Origin: Phycisphaerales bacterium | Lineage (GTDB): Bacteria > Planctomycetota > Phycisphaerae > Phycisphaerales > UBA1924 | Direction of reading: 5' to 3' | Assembly (NCBI GenBank): GCA_029260345.1 | Contig: JAJDDK010000007.1 | Span: 126,226 to 190,225, forward strand | DNA: 64,000 bases | In this document: positions 29,223 to 39,248 of the stretch, in pieces | How the letters are laid out: every line of letters begins with the position of its first letter | Numbering within the stretch: the stretch's first letter is position 1 | The notes under the pieces: model-generated | What the model saw: only the letters and a program-made list of their open reading frames with translations | What the model was told of the DNA's origin: nothing | The model's database searches: none | Program-made: the position numbers and the translations under genes

Positions 29223-30193
29223 GGCGTCACCCACCGGCTGCGCAGGAGCCAGATAAAGGTTGGGCCGCCAAGCAGCGCAGTCAGCACGCCGATGGGCATA
29301 CGACCGGCGCCGAGGTCGATCACGCGAATCAATGAATCAGCAAGAATGATGAGAGTGGCGCCGAGAAGCGCGGAACCCACCATGACGATGCGATTGGATG
29401 GTCCGGCGATCAGGCGAACCGCATGCGGACAGATCAGTCCGACAAATCCAATTGGTCCGGCGATGACCACACTTCCGGCGGTGAGCGCACCGGCCAGCGC
29501 CAGCAAGATCAATCGCAAGCGATGCAGCGGCACACCGACACTGAGCGCTTCGTCGTCATCGAGCGCCGCCGCATCCATCGCGGGACCGAGCCAGGCTCCG
29601 ATGAATACGCCGATGCACGTCACGGCAAGCACGGTGAGCACCAAGCCGCGCGGCGCATCATCGCGCAATGATCCGAACAACCAGCGCGTGGTCGCGACGA
29701 GGCCTTGTTCGGGCATGAGGTGTTGAAGCAGCACCGTCGCGGCGCCGCAGATGAGACTAACGACGACGCCGACGAGAATGAGTGTGACGGGTTCTATGAC
29801 GCCGCGTTTTTGCGCGAGGCCATAAACAACAAGCAGCGCTCCGATCGCGCCCAGCAACGAACCCGTCGCGGCGGTGGTTTGTCCGCCGATGACGCCGCCC
29901 GTCGCAAAGCCGAGAAACGTCGCGAGCGTCACGCCGAACCCGGCGCCGGCCGTCAGGCCAAGTACCGAGGGCGCCGCCAGCGGATTGCGCAGGAGTGACT
30001 GAAGCATGACCCCCGCCGCTGCGAGGGCGCCCCCCACTGCGCCGCCGGCAAGGATGCGTCCGAATCGAAGGCTCCACTCAAGCGCATCTCGGGGCGGATC
30101 AAGCCCTTCCGGCCCGACCGCGAAGCGCAGCGCGATCGCGCCGGACAAAGCGGCGAACAAGACGCCGAGGGCAATCAATGGACGTTTCGCCAT
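29219..30193 (-). CDS. ABC transporter permease, FecCD family
   Basis: Multiple TM helices. 'GPIGFVGLICPHAVRL' is characteristic of FecCD/BtuC. Start ATG 30193 ('MAKRPLIAL…'). Confidence 0.75.
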   Translation of the reverse strand: MAKRPLIALGVLFAALSGAIALRFAVGPEGLDPPRDALEWSLRFGRILAGGAVGGALAAAGVMLQSLLRNPLAAPSVLGLTAGAGFGVTLATFLGFATGGVIGGQTTAATGSLLGAIGALLVVYGLAQKRGVIEPVTLILVGVVVSLICGAATVLLQHLMPEQGLVATTRWLFGSLRDDAPRGLVLTVLAVTCIGVFIGAWLGPAMDAAALDDDEALSVGVPLHRLRLILLALAGALTAGSVVIAGPIGFVGLICPHAVRLIAGPSNRIVMVGSALLGATLIILADSLIRVIDLGAGRMPIGVLTALLGGPTFIWLLRSRWVTP

Positions 30194-30446
30194 TGATCCA
30201 AGCGTATCGCAAAGCCGGAGATCGCCCGCCGCAGAGCAGAATCGCTCAATTTTTCGATGGTCCGGGGCGAAGTCCCGATGACTTCCCGCCGATCTATGGC
30301 ACATCGCTCAGCCGGGCTCATGACGAGTCTTCGCTGTAGCAGCAATCACCTGACTTCATCGCGCCGCCGATGGCGCGAATGAGAAACGTTCGGCATGCGC
30401 CAATCGCTGTGATTCCGCGCGTGCGTTTGCACTCCTCGCCTGAGAA

Positions 30447-31112
30447 ATGGAGCTGGATCAGATGAACACTTTCACGCCCCCCTTCAATACACCTTTCAGC
30501 ACGCCGTTCGGCGGTTCGTTCAATCCTTTCGGCGGCGCGGGTTTCAATCCCGGCTTTAACGGTCAGGGTTTCGGCGGCGGCGGCTTCGGCGGCGGTGGCT
30601 GGAATAACTGGACCGGCGGCGCCACGCCGAACTTCTCCGGTGGCTGGAACACGCCGTGGGGCGGCTCGAACTGGAACGGCTTTGGCGGTTTCACGCCGCA
30701 GGGCAACTGGGGCGGCACGCCGTCCTTCGGTGGCTTCAACACGCCGTGGAGCGGTGGCTCGAACTGGAACGCGTTCAACACCGGCGGCTTCGGCGGCTGG
30801 AACACGCCCTTCGGCGGAACGAACGGTTTCTCGACGCCGTGGAATGGTTTCAACACGCCGTGGAACGGCTTTGGTGGAGGCACGTCGTTCGGTTTCGGCG
30901 GCTTGAATGGCTGGGGCAACGGCGCCACGCCGAATTTCTTCGGCGGCTGGAACACGCCGTTCTTTGGCTTCCCCACCACCAACCCGAACACCACGGAGAA
31001 CAACGGCAAGCCCGTGAATGCTCCGTTTGGTTTCACGCCCGGCGTCCCGTTCGGCTTCAACCCGTACACGGGTCAGCCGATCACCGGCGAGCACGTCGCC
31101 AAGGCTGCCTGA
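30447..31112 (+). CDS. Low-complexity Gly/Trp/Asn/Phe-rich repeat protein (GGWNTP[W/F]GG-type repeats), no signal peptide
   Basis: The + frame shows strong GC3 bias versus the overlapping antisense ORFs. ~20 degenerate repeats such as 'FNTPWSGGSNWN', 'GGWNTPFGG', 'FNTPWNGFGGG'. A strong terminator follows. Confidence 0.55.
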   Translation: MELDQMNTFTPPFNTPFSTPFGGSFNPFGGAGFNPGFNGQGFGGGGFGGGGWNNWTGGATPNFSGGWNTPWGGSNWNGFGGFTPQGNWGGTPSFGGFNTPWSGGSNWNAFNTGGFGGWNTPFGGTNGFSTPWNGFNTPWNGFGGGTSFGFGGLNGWGNGATPNFFGGWNTPFFGFPTTNPNTTENNGKPVNAPFGFTPGVPFGFNPYTGQPITGEHVAKAA

Positions 31113-31152
31113 TTCGCTGCACGGCTCTCCTCTTTTGTGATTGACACGAAAA

Positions 31153-31190
31153 CAGCGGTCCGGTGTTGAGTCCGGACCGCTGTTGTTGTG
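31153..31190. terminator. Bidirectional rho-independent terminator between convergent genes
   Basis: 11-bp stem 'cagcggtccgg/ccggaccgctg' with loop tgttgagt, followed by 'ttgttgtg'. Confidence 0.5.
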
Positions 31191-31219
31191 CGCGCCTGAA
31201 AGAGAATTGAATGGAGACT

Positions 31220-32782
31220 TCAGTTCTGGGCGGCCGCCTGTTCGCGGCTGACCATGCTGTCGAGCATGGTCCCGATGAGCGCCGTCGTTTCGGTCGACGA
31301 CTGGCCATTGCGCTCGCCGGTGACCATGACGCGCGGCGTAATCTCGATGCCGCGCTCGCCGATGACTTTGAGCATCTCCATGAGTGCGGCATTGCCGGCG
31401 CCGATCTGCTGGGCGATCACGCGGAACGCTTCAGCCTGAGCTTCGGCCTCAATGCGGATGGATTCGGCCTGCGCCTCGGCGCCGATGATGCGCTGCTGCT
31501 TCTGCTCGCCGGCGATCTGCACTTCGTACTGCGCAGTGGCGAGGCGGCGCTCTTCTTCGGCCTCCTGCTCAGTGCGCGTGAGCGCCTTTTTCTGCTCGGC
31601 GGCGCGCTGCTGCTCCTGGAAGGTGATTTGCTGCTGAATCGCGAGTTCGCGATCGGTTTGCGTTTTGAGCAACGTGCCGAGGGACTGCTCATCGCCAACG
31701 TCGCCGATGCGCACGCCGTTGATCGACAATCCAAAGCTGCTCACCTCGTGCACAAGGCGATCCTTTGACTGCGATTCTTGTTGAGATCGACTGTTCACAT
31801 AGTCCAGCGCTTTGAGACTTTCGGCGTTGTTGCGAAAAACACTTCGCACGCTGGAGTGAAGGCGATTCTTGAAGGAAATGCTCTCTGCGTCCTGGAAGTT
31901 CGCCACGATGAGCGGCGCATGCTCCGGACGAATCTCGTATTCGACACGCACGTCAACGGGGAAGGTGAATCCGTCAGAAGAGCGCACATTGATCTCGCGC
32001 TCTTCACCTTCGGCGCTTCCTTTGGTGTATTGAATCGTGCGTTCGCGCGTGGAAACCACGGTCACTTCGTATGCCTTGGGGTTGAGGTAATACTTGCCTT
32101 CGCCAAGCGGGTCATTCCAGATGCCGCGCGTTCCGCGAGGAACAAGTCCTTCACCTGAGCGCTGCTCGCGCGTCGGTGCGCGACCCACGTTGGATTTCAC
32201 AACACCAACTTCGGCCTTCGCAATATTCGTGACGGGATGCTTCTCGACGCGATACAAGCGTGTATTCAAACGATGCTTGCCAGGCGTGAGCACGGTCGTC
32301 TGTGGACCTTTGAATCCACTGCCCTGCGTCAGAAAATACTCCGCATCGAGCATGCGCTTGACGTGTTCATCCGACCACTCGGGCGCATAGACCTGGCTGT
32401 CGGGGAGCGGCTGACCATCCGTAGTCGTGATGATGCCGACTTCGTCCTGATCAACCTCGATGATCGACTCAACCTGCACGTCATAGATCACCGGCCAGAG
32501 CCACGGATGCCATCCGGGCGGCAACACCCGCGCCTGTGGACCTTTCTCTCCGTCCGTCGCAATGATCTGACCTGCAGGCAGGCTGTTTCCAACGTTCTTG
32601 ATGATGATGCCAACCTGATTCTCACCGACGTACCGAAATGACGCCATAAAAAACGCCAGCAGCACGACGACGACGGCGCCGCCGGCGGCGACCGGGCGCA
32701 ACGGGCGCGCCAGTTTGGGGATCGTCGTGAGAATCCCGATCGCAATGACAAATCCAAGCAGAATGACAGCAATTGTCCACAT
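31220..32782 (-). CDS. SPFH/band-7 domain protein, flotillin-like (YqiK-like)
   Basis: AAGGAG SD 8 nt before ATG 32782. N-terminal TM. SPFH core. Long E/A/Q-rich coiled coil 'EAEAQAEAFRVIAQQ'. Confidence 0.75.
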   Translation of the reverse strand: MWTIAVILLGFVIAIGILTTIPKLARPLRPVAAGGAVVVVLLAFFMASFRYVGENQVGIIIKNVGNSLPAGQIIATDGEKGPQARVLPPGWHPWLWPVIYDVQVESIIEVDQDEVGIITTTDGQPLPDSQVYAPEWSDEHVKRMLDAEYFLTQGSGFKGPQTTVLTPGKHRLNTRLYRVEKHPVTNIAKAEVGVVKSNVGRAPTREQRSGEGLVPRGTRGIWNDPLGEGKYYLNPKAYEVTVVSTRERTIQYTKGSAEGEEREINVRSSDGFTFPVDVRVEYEIRPEHAPLIVANFQDAESISFKNRLHSSVRSVFRNNAESLKALDYVNSRSQQESQSKDRLVHEVSSFGLSINGVRIGDVGDEQSLGTLLKTQTDRELAIQQQITFQEQQRAAEQKKALTRTEQEAEEERRLATAQYEVQIAGEQKQQRIIGAEAQAESIRIEAEAQAEAFRVIAQQIGAGNAALMEMLKVIGERGIEITPRVMVTGERNGQSSTETTALIGTMLDSMVSREQAAAQN

Positions 32783-32964
32783 GGGTCCGCTCCTTTCAGC
32801 GTTTAATGCCCCAGCGCCAAGCCCATGGGCGACGCCACCTGTCAACGTTTTTCGTCACCCATCATCGTTGATTTCGCGATCGCATGCTGCATGTCCTTTT
32901 CAGGCGCGCAGGGGACATCTCACACGCTTGGCGTGGCCGTCGCAGCGCGATGCAAGGGATGTGG

Positions 32965-34230
32965 TCAGGTCCAGTTGCTCAGGAGAGCCGCGAGATCAGC
33001 GCCGTTGATCACATCATCACCGCTGAGGTCTTCTGGAATATCCGCGCCCCACAACGAAAGCAGTTGGGCGAGGTCGGCGCCATTGACCATCCCGTCGCCG
33101 TTCAAATCACCAACGATCGCAGCGTCACAAAGCTCCCATCGGCGCAGCGGCGTTGTGCTGGAGCCGCCGGGCGTCGTTGCATTCGCGCCGACGAGCAGTG
33201 CGTTGTCGTACGGCGCCGTCGCTCGCGCCACTGACGTCAACCCATCGCCAAGCGCGGACCACGCATCGCCGTCAAAGATCGCAATGCGGTTGGCCGGCTG
33301 ACCGCCAATGGTGGTGAATTCGCCACCGACCACCAGTTGAGCGCCTTGCGCCGAGTCGATCGTGCTGATCGTGTGCACCGGCCCATTGGCGCCTCCGGCA
33401 AAAGTGGTCCATGTGGTTCCGTTCCAACGCGCAAGATGCACGGCGGCCGCGGCGCCGGACATGGTGAAGTCGCCACCAGCGATCAGATCGCCTTCGTATT
33501 CCGCCAGCGCTCGCACAATTCCATTCAACCCGGCGCCAACGGCCGACCATGCGGCGCCATTCCACTTCACGATGTTCGCCGAAGGTTGCCCGCCGGCGCC
33601 GAGAAACGATCCGCCCACAAAGATCGCCTCACCGGCGCCATCGTTGTGTGGTTGCAATGCAACACCGGTCTTGGCGCCGCCCTGCAGACCCGTCGCCAGC
33701 GCAGTCCATGTCGCGCCATTCCACTGTGCGATCCCTGCGGCGCCGGCGCCGCCAGCTGTCAGGAATGTTCCCGCCGCGTAGAGGCGTTCACTATTTCCAT
33801 CATGAAAAGAAGCCAGCGCGAGAACATCGCCACCGAGTCCGGCGCCGAGCGGCGCCCATTGAGCGCCATTCCATTGTGCGATGCGATTGAGCACCGCCGC
33901 GCCCGATGATGTGAATTTTCCGCCGGCGAAGATTGCCCCCTGATGTTCGGCCAACGCGAACGCGGCGTCGTCAAAGCCATCGCCGAGCGAAACCCAGGCG
34001 TCGCCATCGAACTTGGCGACAAACGGCGCTGGCTCGCCGGCCATGCTCGTGAAGGCGCCAGCGGCGTACGCGGCGTTCTCGGATTCATGAAAGACCAATG
34101 CGCGAACGGCGCCATCGGCGGTGGATTTGTCCTGAAGGGGATCCCACGCCGGTTCGCAAGGCTGGGCGACTGCCACAGCCGGGAAGAACAAAAGTAAGGC
34201 GGAGAACGCTCGTCGGGGAGTATTCAGCAT
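32965..34230 (-). CDS. Secreted beta-propeller-type repeat protein ('WNGxxW' repeats) with C-terminal dockerin-like domain
   Basis: Signal peptide 'MLNTPRRAFSALLLFFPAVAVA'. ~7 repeats 'IAQWNGAQWAPLGAGLGG'. Ends 'DLNGDGMVNGADLAQLLSLWG…DDVINGADLAALLSNWT'. Alternative start ATG 34260. Confidence 0.65.
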   Translation of the reverse strand: MLNTPRRAFSALLLFFPAVAVAQPCEPAWDPLQDKSTADGAVRALVFHESENAAYAAGAFTSMAGEPAPFVAKFDGDAWVSLGDGFDDAAFALAEHQGAIFAGGKFTSSGAAVLNRIAQWNGAQWAPLGAGLGGDVLALASFHDGNSERLYAAGTFLTAGGAGAAGIAQWNGATWTALATGLQGGAKTGVALQPHNDGAGEAIFVGGSFLGAGGQPSANIVKWNGAAWSAVGAGLNGIVRALAEYEGDLIAGGDFTMSGAAAAVHLARWNGTTWTTFAGGANGPVHTISTIDSAQGAQLVVGGEFTTIGGQPANRIAIFDGDAWSALGDGLTSVARATAPYDNALLVGANATTPGGSSTTPLRRWELCDAAIVGDLNGDGMVNGADLAQLLSLWGADIPEDLSGDDVINGADLAALLSNWT

Positions 34231-34477
34231 GGCTGGTCCTCTGATCTCGGAGGAGGTCATGGGAAATGGTCGAGCCAGCGATATTACAGGCGGGGTGTTT
34301 CAGAGCAATGGTCTTGGGGAAACGCCGGGTATTACCCAGTTTCACTCAATGCGTCAGCCCGACCCGGACACGCTCAATTGGGCATTTTTCTGGCTCTTTG
34401 GGTAAGAAACGGAATAGAGTGAAGGTGGAGCTGTCGCGGGTGCGTACAGCCGGGAACTCATCGTGGGGACGATGCAT

Positions 34478-36283
34478 ATGAAGATTGGCGCACGAGGCGT
34501 TGCGACAGTGTTCGCCGCCGCAGGACTTGGTGCGATCGCGCTGGCCGGTGATCCCGAGCATCGAACCATCGATGGCTCCGGAAACAACATAAATCATCCG
34601 ACGATTGGCAGTGCGCACTCGAATCTGGGGCGCGCTGCGGCGCCGGAATACGGTGACGGCATTTCGTCGCTTGGCGGTGTGAATCGACCGAGCCCACGAA
34701 CCATCAGCAACAACGTCGCAACACAGGACACCATGCTTCCGTCGGGTGTATTCATTCCCGATCCGCGCGGATTGACGGATTACGTCTGGGCATGGGGGCA
34801 ATTCCTTGCCCACGACACTAACCTTTCGCCGGATGACACCGCTGGCAGCGCGTTTATCCAAATTCCCATTGGCGATCCGTGGTTTGACCCCGATGGCCTC
34901 GGCCTCTCGGTGATGCCATTCCGCCGCTCGAACTTTGACACCTCCACTGGCACAGGCGAACGCAATCCGCGTGAACAGATCAATGTGCTTTCCTCATGGA
35001 TTGACGCATCGACGGTGTACGGATCCGAACCGGATCGTGCCGCTTGGGTTCGCACGTTTACCGATGGGAAGCTGAAGACGGAAGTGCTTTCGTCAGGCGT
35101 GTACCCGCCGCTGAACGACGGCTCACAGGTGATGACGTTTTCCGGCAACGGCCTCGGTTTTCACGTGGCGGGTGATGATCGCGCCAACGAAACACTGACG
35201 CTCTTGTCGATGCACACGCTCTTTGTGCGAGAGCATAATCGTCTCGCGGATGAAATTGCGCTGGCGAATCCGGACTGGACGGACGAGCAGATTTTCCAGC
35301 GCGCCCGGCGCATCGTCGGCGCTGAAGTGCAGGCGGTTACATACCATCAATTTCTGCCCACATTGCTGGGCAAGGGCGCCATTCCCCCTTACAGCGGCTA
35401 CGACGACACCATCGATCCAACCATTCTGAATGAGTTTTCCACCGCGGCGTTCCGTGTTGGCCACACCATGGTGAGCACGGACGTCTTGCGACTTGATGAA
35501 CTGGGCCAGCCAATTCCCGAAGGGAATCTGCACATCTTTGAGTCGTTCTTCAAACCGGAACGACTGACCGATGAGGGCGGCATTGAGCCGATCCTGCGCG
35601 GGCTTGCCGCGTCTCAGCAGCAGCAGATTGATTCGCGCATTGTCGATGACTTGCGCAATTTTCTGTTGAATTCTCCTGGCGCCGGTGAGCCTGCGGCCCT
35701 TGATCTGGCGTCGGTGAATATTCAGCGCGGGCGCGATCACGGACTCGCGGACTACAACACCGTGCGGCAGGCGTTCGGACTTCCGGCGCGGCTCACCGTC
35801 AGTGAGATTTCTTCGGATTCGCAGATTCGTGCCGGGCTTGAGGCGTCATACCCCGATGTGAACGACATCGACCTGTGGGTCGGTTTGCTCGCGGAAGATC
35901 ACTACCCCGGATCCAGCGTGGGCGAAACCCTTCGCGCGATCTGGATTGATCAATTCACGCGACTGCGCGATGGCGACCGGTTCTGGTTCCAGAATGATCC
36001 TGAACTCGCGGATTTGCTCCCGTGGCTGGAGAGCCTCACGCTTCGCGACGTGATCATGGCGAACACCCCGATTGAAGTCGACGAGCTTCAAGAAAATGTT
36101 TTTCAAATTCCATGTCCGCCCGATCTCGACGGAAACGGCGCTATTAATGGAGTAGATCTTGCCGCTCTGCTGGCCAATTGGGGCTCGCAGGAATCCGGTC
36201 AGTCGGCTGATTTGACTGACGACGGCATCGTCGACGGGCAAGACCTTGCGGCACTGCTGGCGGGTTGGGGATCGTGCTATTGA
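34478..36283 (+). CDS. Animal-type heme peroxidase (peroxidase-cyclooxygenase superfamily) with C-terminal dockerin-like domain
   Basis: 'IDGSGNN…P.IGSA…L.R', 'WGQFLAHD', 'LSMHTLFVREHNRLADEIA', 'NIQRGRDHGL'. Signal peptide. Ends 'DLDGNGAINGVDLAALLANWG…DGIVDGQDLAALLAGWGSCY'. Start ATG 34478 sits 7 nt after a GGGGAC SD. The track ORF begins at GTG 34463. Confidence 0.8.
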   Translation: MKIGARGVATVFAAAGLGAIALAGDPEHRTIDGSGNNINHPTIGSAHSNLGRAAAPEYGDGISSLGGVNRPSPRTISNNVATQDTMLPSGVFIPDPRGLTDYVWAWGQFLAHDTNLSPDDTAGSAFIQIPIGDPWFDPDGLGLSVMPFRRSNFDTSTGTGERNPREQINVLSSWIDASTVYGSEPDRAAWVRTFTDGKLKTEVLSSGVYPPLNDGSQVMTFSGNGLGFHVAGDDRANETLTLLSMHTLFVREHNRLADEIALANPDWTDEQIFQRARRIVGAEVQAVTYHQFLPTLLGKGAIPPYSGYDDTIDPTILNEFSTAAFRVGHTMVSTDVLRLDELGQPIPEGNLHIFESFFKPERLTDEGGIEPILRGLAASQQQQIDSRIVDDLRNFLLNSPGAGEPAALDLASVNIQRGRDHGLADYNTVRQAFGLPARLTVSEISSDSQIRAGLEASYPDVNDIDLWVGLLAEDHYPGSSVGETLRAIWIDQFTRLRDGDRFWFQNDPELADLLPWLESLTLRDVIMANTPIEVDELQENVFQIPCPPDLDGNGAINGVDLAALLANWGSQESGQSADLTDDGIVDGQDLAALLAGWGSCY

Positions 36284-36456
36284 ATGGCACAGAGCGAAAT
36301 GTGACGTCCGAGAAACACGGGGAGACAACTCGATTTCACTGCGGCATAGCGGAATTGTCTTGTTCAATTTCGTGTGAGCGGGTACTTTTTTAGGCGGAGC
36401 GTGCTGTAGTGCGCGTTTCGGGAACAATTCATCTGACCTCGTGGGGACGAGAAAAC

Positions 36457-38265
36457 ATGGCTAATTCGAGAGCATTCACGCCCAAGCGCGCCGCGATGGC
36501 CGCACCTCTTGCGGTTGCGCTGTGCGCCGTCGTGGGAATGTCCGCATCGGCGGACGACCGTTCGATCGACGGTGTGGGCAACAACGTGGCAAACCCGACC
36601 TGGGGCGCCGCCGACATTCATCTGGTCCGTATGTCGTTTGCCGACTACACGGATGGCATTTCGACGCTTGCCGGCGCCTTGCGGGAAAACCCGCGCGTCA
36701 TCAGCAACGCCGTCGTGCACCAGGACACTTCCAACGGCATGATCATTCCTGATCCGCGCGGCCTGACGGACTACGTCTGGGCATGGGGTCAGTTTGTTGA
36801 TCATGACCTTGACGAAACACCGACGGACGGTCCCGGCACCGCATTCATTCAAGTCCCCACGGGTGATCCGTGGTACGACCCCGAGGCGGATGGCGGCGGC
36901 CTGCTTCCGTTCCGCCGCTCGCGCATCGATTTTTCCACCGGCACGAACGTGAACAATCCGCGCGAGCAGGAGAATGCCATCACCGCGTTCCTCGATGGGT
37001 CTGCGGTGTACGGCGCTGATGAAACACGCGCCGACTGGCTGCGCACGCATTCCGGCGGCCAGCTGAAGATGTTTGCTGATGTCACCAATGGCATGATGAT
37101 GCCGTACAACGACGGAAGCATCCCGAACGCCGGTGGCAATGACGTCACACTGTTTGTGGGCGGCGACGTTCGCGCAAACGAAACGTCCTCACTTTCGTGC
37201 ATGCACACGCTTTGGGTGCGCGAGCACAATCGTCTCGCCGATGAAATCGCTGCGGCGAACCCGACGTGGACGGACGAAGAAATCTACCAGCGGGCCCGCA
37301 AGATCGTTGGCGCCCTGCTCCAGAAGATCACCTACGACGAATTCCTTCCTGCTCTGCTCGGTGAAGGCGCGCTCGCGCCGTACTCCGGGTACGACGACAG
37401 CGTCAATGCCAGCATCGCGACGGAGTTTTCGACGGCCGCGTATCGCGTCGGTCACACCATGCTTTCACCGATCGTCCTCCGCCTCGATGAATTCGGCGAT
37501 CCGATCGGCTCCGGCAACTTGTCGCTTCGCGATTCGTTCTTTGATCCTGACAAGATCATGCTTGAGGGCGGCATGGAGCCCATCTTCCGCGGCCTTGCCG
37601 CCGGTCAGATGCAGAAGGTTGACGGGTTCGTCAACGACGATGTTCGCATCTTCCTGTTCAACGAAATCGGCTCAACGCCTCCGGCGATGGACCTCGTGGC
37701 GTTGAACATCCAGCGCGGCCGCGACCACGGTCTGCCGGACTACAACAGCATCCGTGTTGCCTATGGCCTGGCGCCCGTCGTCAACTATTCCGACATCACG
37801 TCGGATGCGACGTTGCAGGCAGCCATCGCCTCGGTCTACCCGGACATCAACGACATGGACGCTTGGATCCCGATGATCGCCGAAGACCTCGTCCCCGGCT
37901 CCAGCCTCGGCGAAACCATCCGCACGATCCTGATCGACCAGTTCACGCGCATCCGTGACGGAGACCGTTTCTGGTACGAGAACGACGCCGACCTTTCAGG
38001 CCTGATGTCGTGGATCGATTCGCAGAAGCTCTCCGATGTGATCATCCGAAACACGACGATCAACGAAGGCGAGATTCATGAGAATCTGTTCTTCGTGGCA
38101 TGCCCCGGCGACATCGACGGCAACCTGACCGTCAATGGCTCGGACCTCGCTGCAATGCTTGCGGCGTGGAACACCAGCAGCCCCGCGGCGGACCTCAACG
38201 GCGACGGCGTCGTGAACGGGTCTGACCTTGCTGCCATGCTCGCGGCATGGGGCAGCTGCATCTGA
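36457..38265 (+). CDS. Animal-type heme peroxidase, tandem paralog, with C-terminal dockerin-like domain
   Basis: Collinear with 34478..36283 ('IDGVGNN', 'WGQFVDHD', 'SCMHTLWVREHNRLADEIA', 'NIQRGRDHGL'). Ends 'DIDGNLTVNGSDLAAMLAAWN…DLNGDGVVNGSDLAAMLAAWGSCI'. The same 'tcgtggggacga' 12-mer lies upstream of the start. Confidence 0.8.
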   Translation: MANSRAFTPKRAAMAAPLAVALCAVVGMSASADDRSIDGVGNNVANPTWGAADIHLVRMSFADYTDGISTLAGALRENPRVISNAVVHQDTSNGMIIPDPRGLTDYVWAWGQFVDHDLDETPTDGPGTAFIQVPTGDPWYDPEADGGGLLPFRRSRIDFSTGTNVNNPREQENAITAFLDGSAVYGADETRADWLRTHSGGQLKMFADVTNGMMMPYNDGSIPNAGGNDVTLFVGGDVRANETSSLSCMHTLWVREHNRLADEIAAANPTWTDEEIYQRARKIVGALLQKITYDEFLPALLGEGALAPYSGYDDSVNASIATEFSTAAYRVGHTMLSPIVLRLDEFGDPIGSGNLSLRDSFFDPDKIMLEGGMEPIFRGLAAGQMQKVDGFVNDDVRIFLFNEIGSTPPAMDLVALNIQRGRDHGLPDYNSIRVAYGLAPVVNYSDITSDATLQAAIASVYPDINDMDAWIPMIAEDLVPGSSLGETIRTILIDQFTRIRDGDRFWYENDADLSGLMSWIDSQKLSDVIIRNTTINEGEIHENLFFVACPGDIDGNLTVNGSDLAAMLAAWNTSSPAADLNGDGVVNGSDLAAMLAAWGSCI

Positions 38266-38320
38266 AACTGACTGGGACCTGAAATCGCTTCAGGCCCGGA
38301 TCGAATAGCTCTCACCAAGC

Positions 38321-38362
38321 CGCCGCCGGCGCCTCCCTCGTGGATCGCCGGCGGTTTTTTTT
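38321..38362 (+). terminator. Rho-independent terminator after peroxidase gene
   Basis: Stem 'ccgccggcg…cgccggcgg' followed by a T10 run. Confidence 0.6.
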
Positions 38363-38395
38363 CGCGCTGACTTCAAACCCGAACAAAATACGATC

Positions 38396-39058
38396 ATGTC
38401 CCTTGACGCCACCGAACAAGACCCGTACATTCGATCTCGGATGCATGGAGGCGCAAGCATGATGACTCCCCGACGAATCTCGAAGCTCATTCAACTTGGC
38501 GACGCGGACGCCCTCCTCGACGAGGTGCTTGCCAACGGTCGCCCGCTGCCGATCGCAGCCCGGCTCCGGCTTGGTGAGCCGGGCTCGATCGAAGCGGCGG
38601 CTCTCGCCTTCGGCCTTCAGCGATCCATCGAACTCAGCGGGTGGACTGGGACACCATCGCTTGAAGCACTTGACCGGTTGCGGTCGCTTCAGGCCCCCTC
38701 AGGCGCCTTCGGAGGCATTTGCAGCACCTCAGCGGCGATACGAGCGCTGGCCATGCTGCTGGATTCCCCCGGGCTGACAGGAGAACACAGAGACACAGTC
38801 GCCGAGTCGCTCGATCGAGCCGTCCACGCGATGTTCTGCGTGTTGACGATGCCCGTGATGAGTTCATTTGCAGTAGCGCCGGATGATCTTGACCGCGCCA
38901 TGGTGCTCTGGCAGTTGTCGGACCTGGCGCTGTTGCGTTCCCAGTTGAATCTCGATGCGGTGCAGCGCGACCTCATTCAGGGCGAACCGCTTTCCGGTGC
39001 GGCCCGCGCGGTGCTGGCCATGGCCGGAGCGATCACCGTTGAACGCCGCGCCGCGTGA
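38396..39058 (+). CDS. Hypothetical protein (Ala/Leu-rich; weak 'QxxxGxFGG' prenyltransferase/terpenoid-cyclase-like motif)
   Basis: Full-length ORF with moderate GC3 bias and no recognizable domain. Coding status uncertain. Confidence 0.35.
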   Translation: MSLDATEQDPYIRSRMHGGASMMTPRRISKLIQLGDADALLDEVLANGRPLPIAARLRLGEPGSIEAAALAFGLQRSIELSGWTGTPSLEALDRLRSLQAPSGAFGGICSTSAAIRALAMLLDSPGLTGEHRDTVAESLDRAVHAMFCVLTMPVMSSFAVAPDDLDRAMVLWQLSDLALLRSQLNLDAVQRDLIQGEPLSGAARAVLAMAGAITVERRAA

Positions 39059-39248
39059 TGACGGCTTGTGAGGATGAAAAGCGGCTTTCGGACGTGCAAT
39101 CTCTGAAAATCGTGGCCCTGAAGCGGTTTTGCGAATATCGTGGTGCTTGGGGCGGTACAAGTAAAGATTCGGTCGCCGGCGGCAGGGTGCGTGAGCCCGG
39201 CGACGATTCAACGCCGCATCACGAATTGACACTGACGGAGATTTGAGA

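Noticed and set aside
30318-31094. 258-aa and 168-aa minus-strand ORFs across the G/W/N repeat gene
   Set aside because: Repetitive DNA keeps several frames open. The + frame has consistently G/C at third codon positions, while the antisense frames give Arg/Ala/Pro-rich products. The + frame was chosen.
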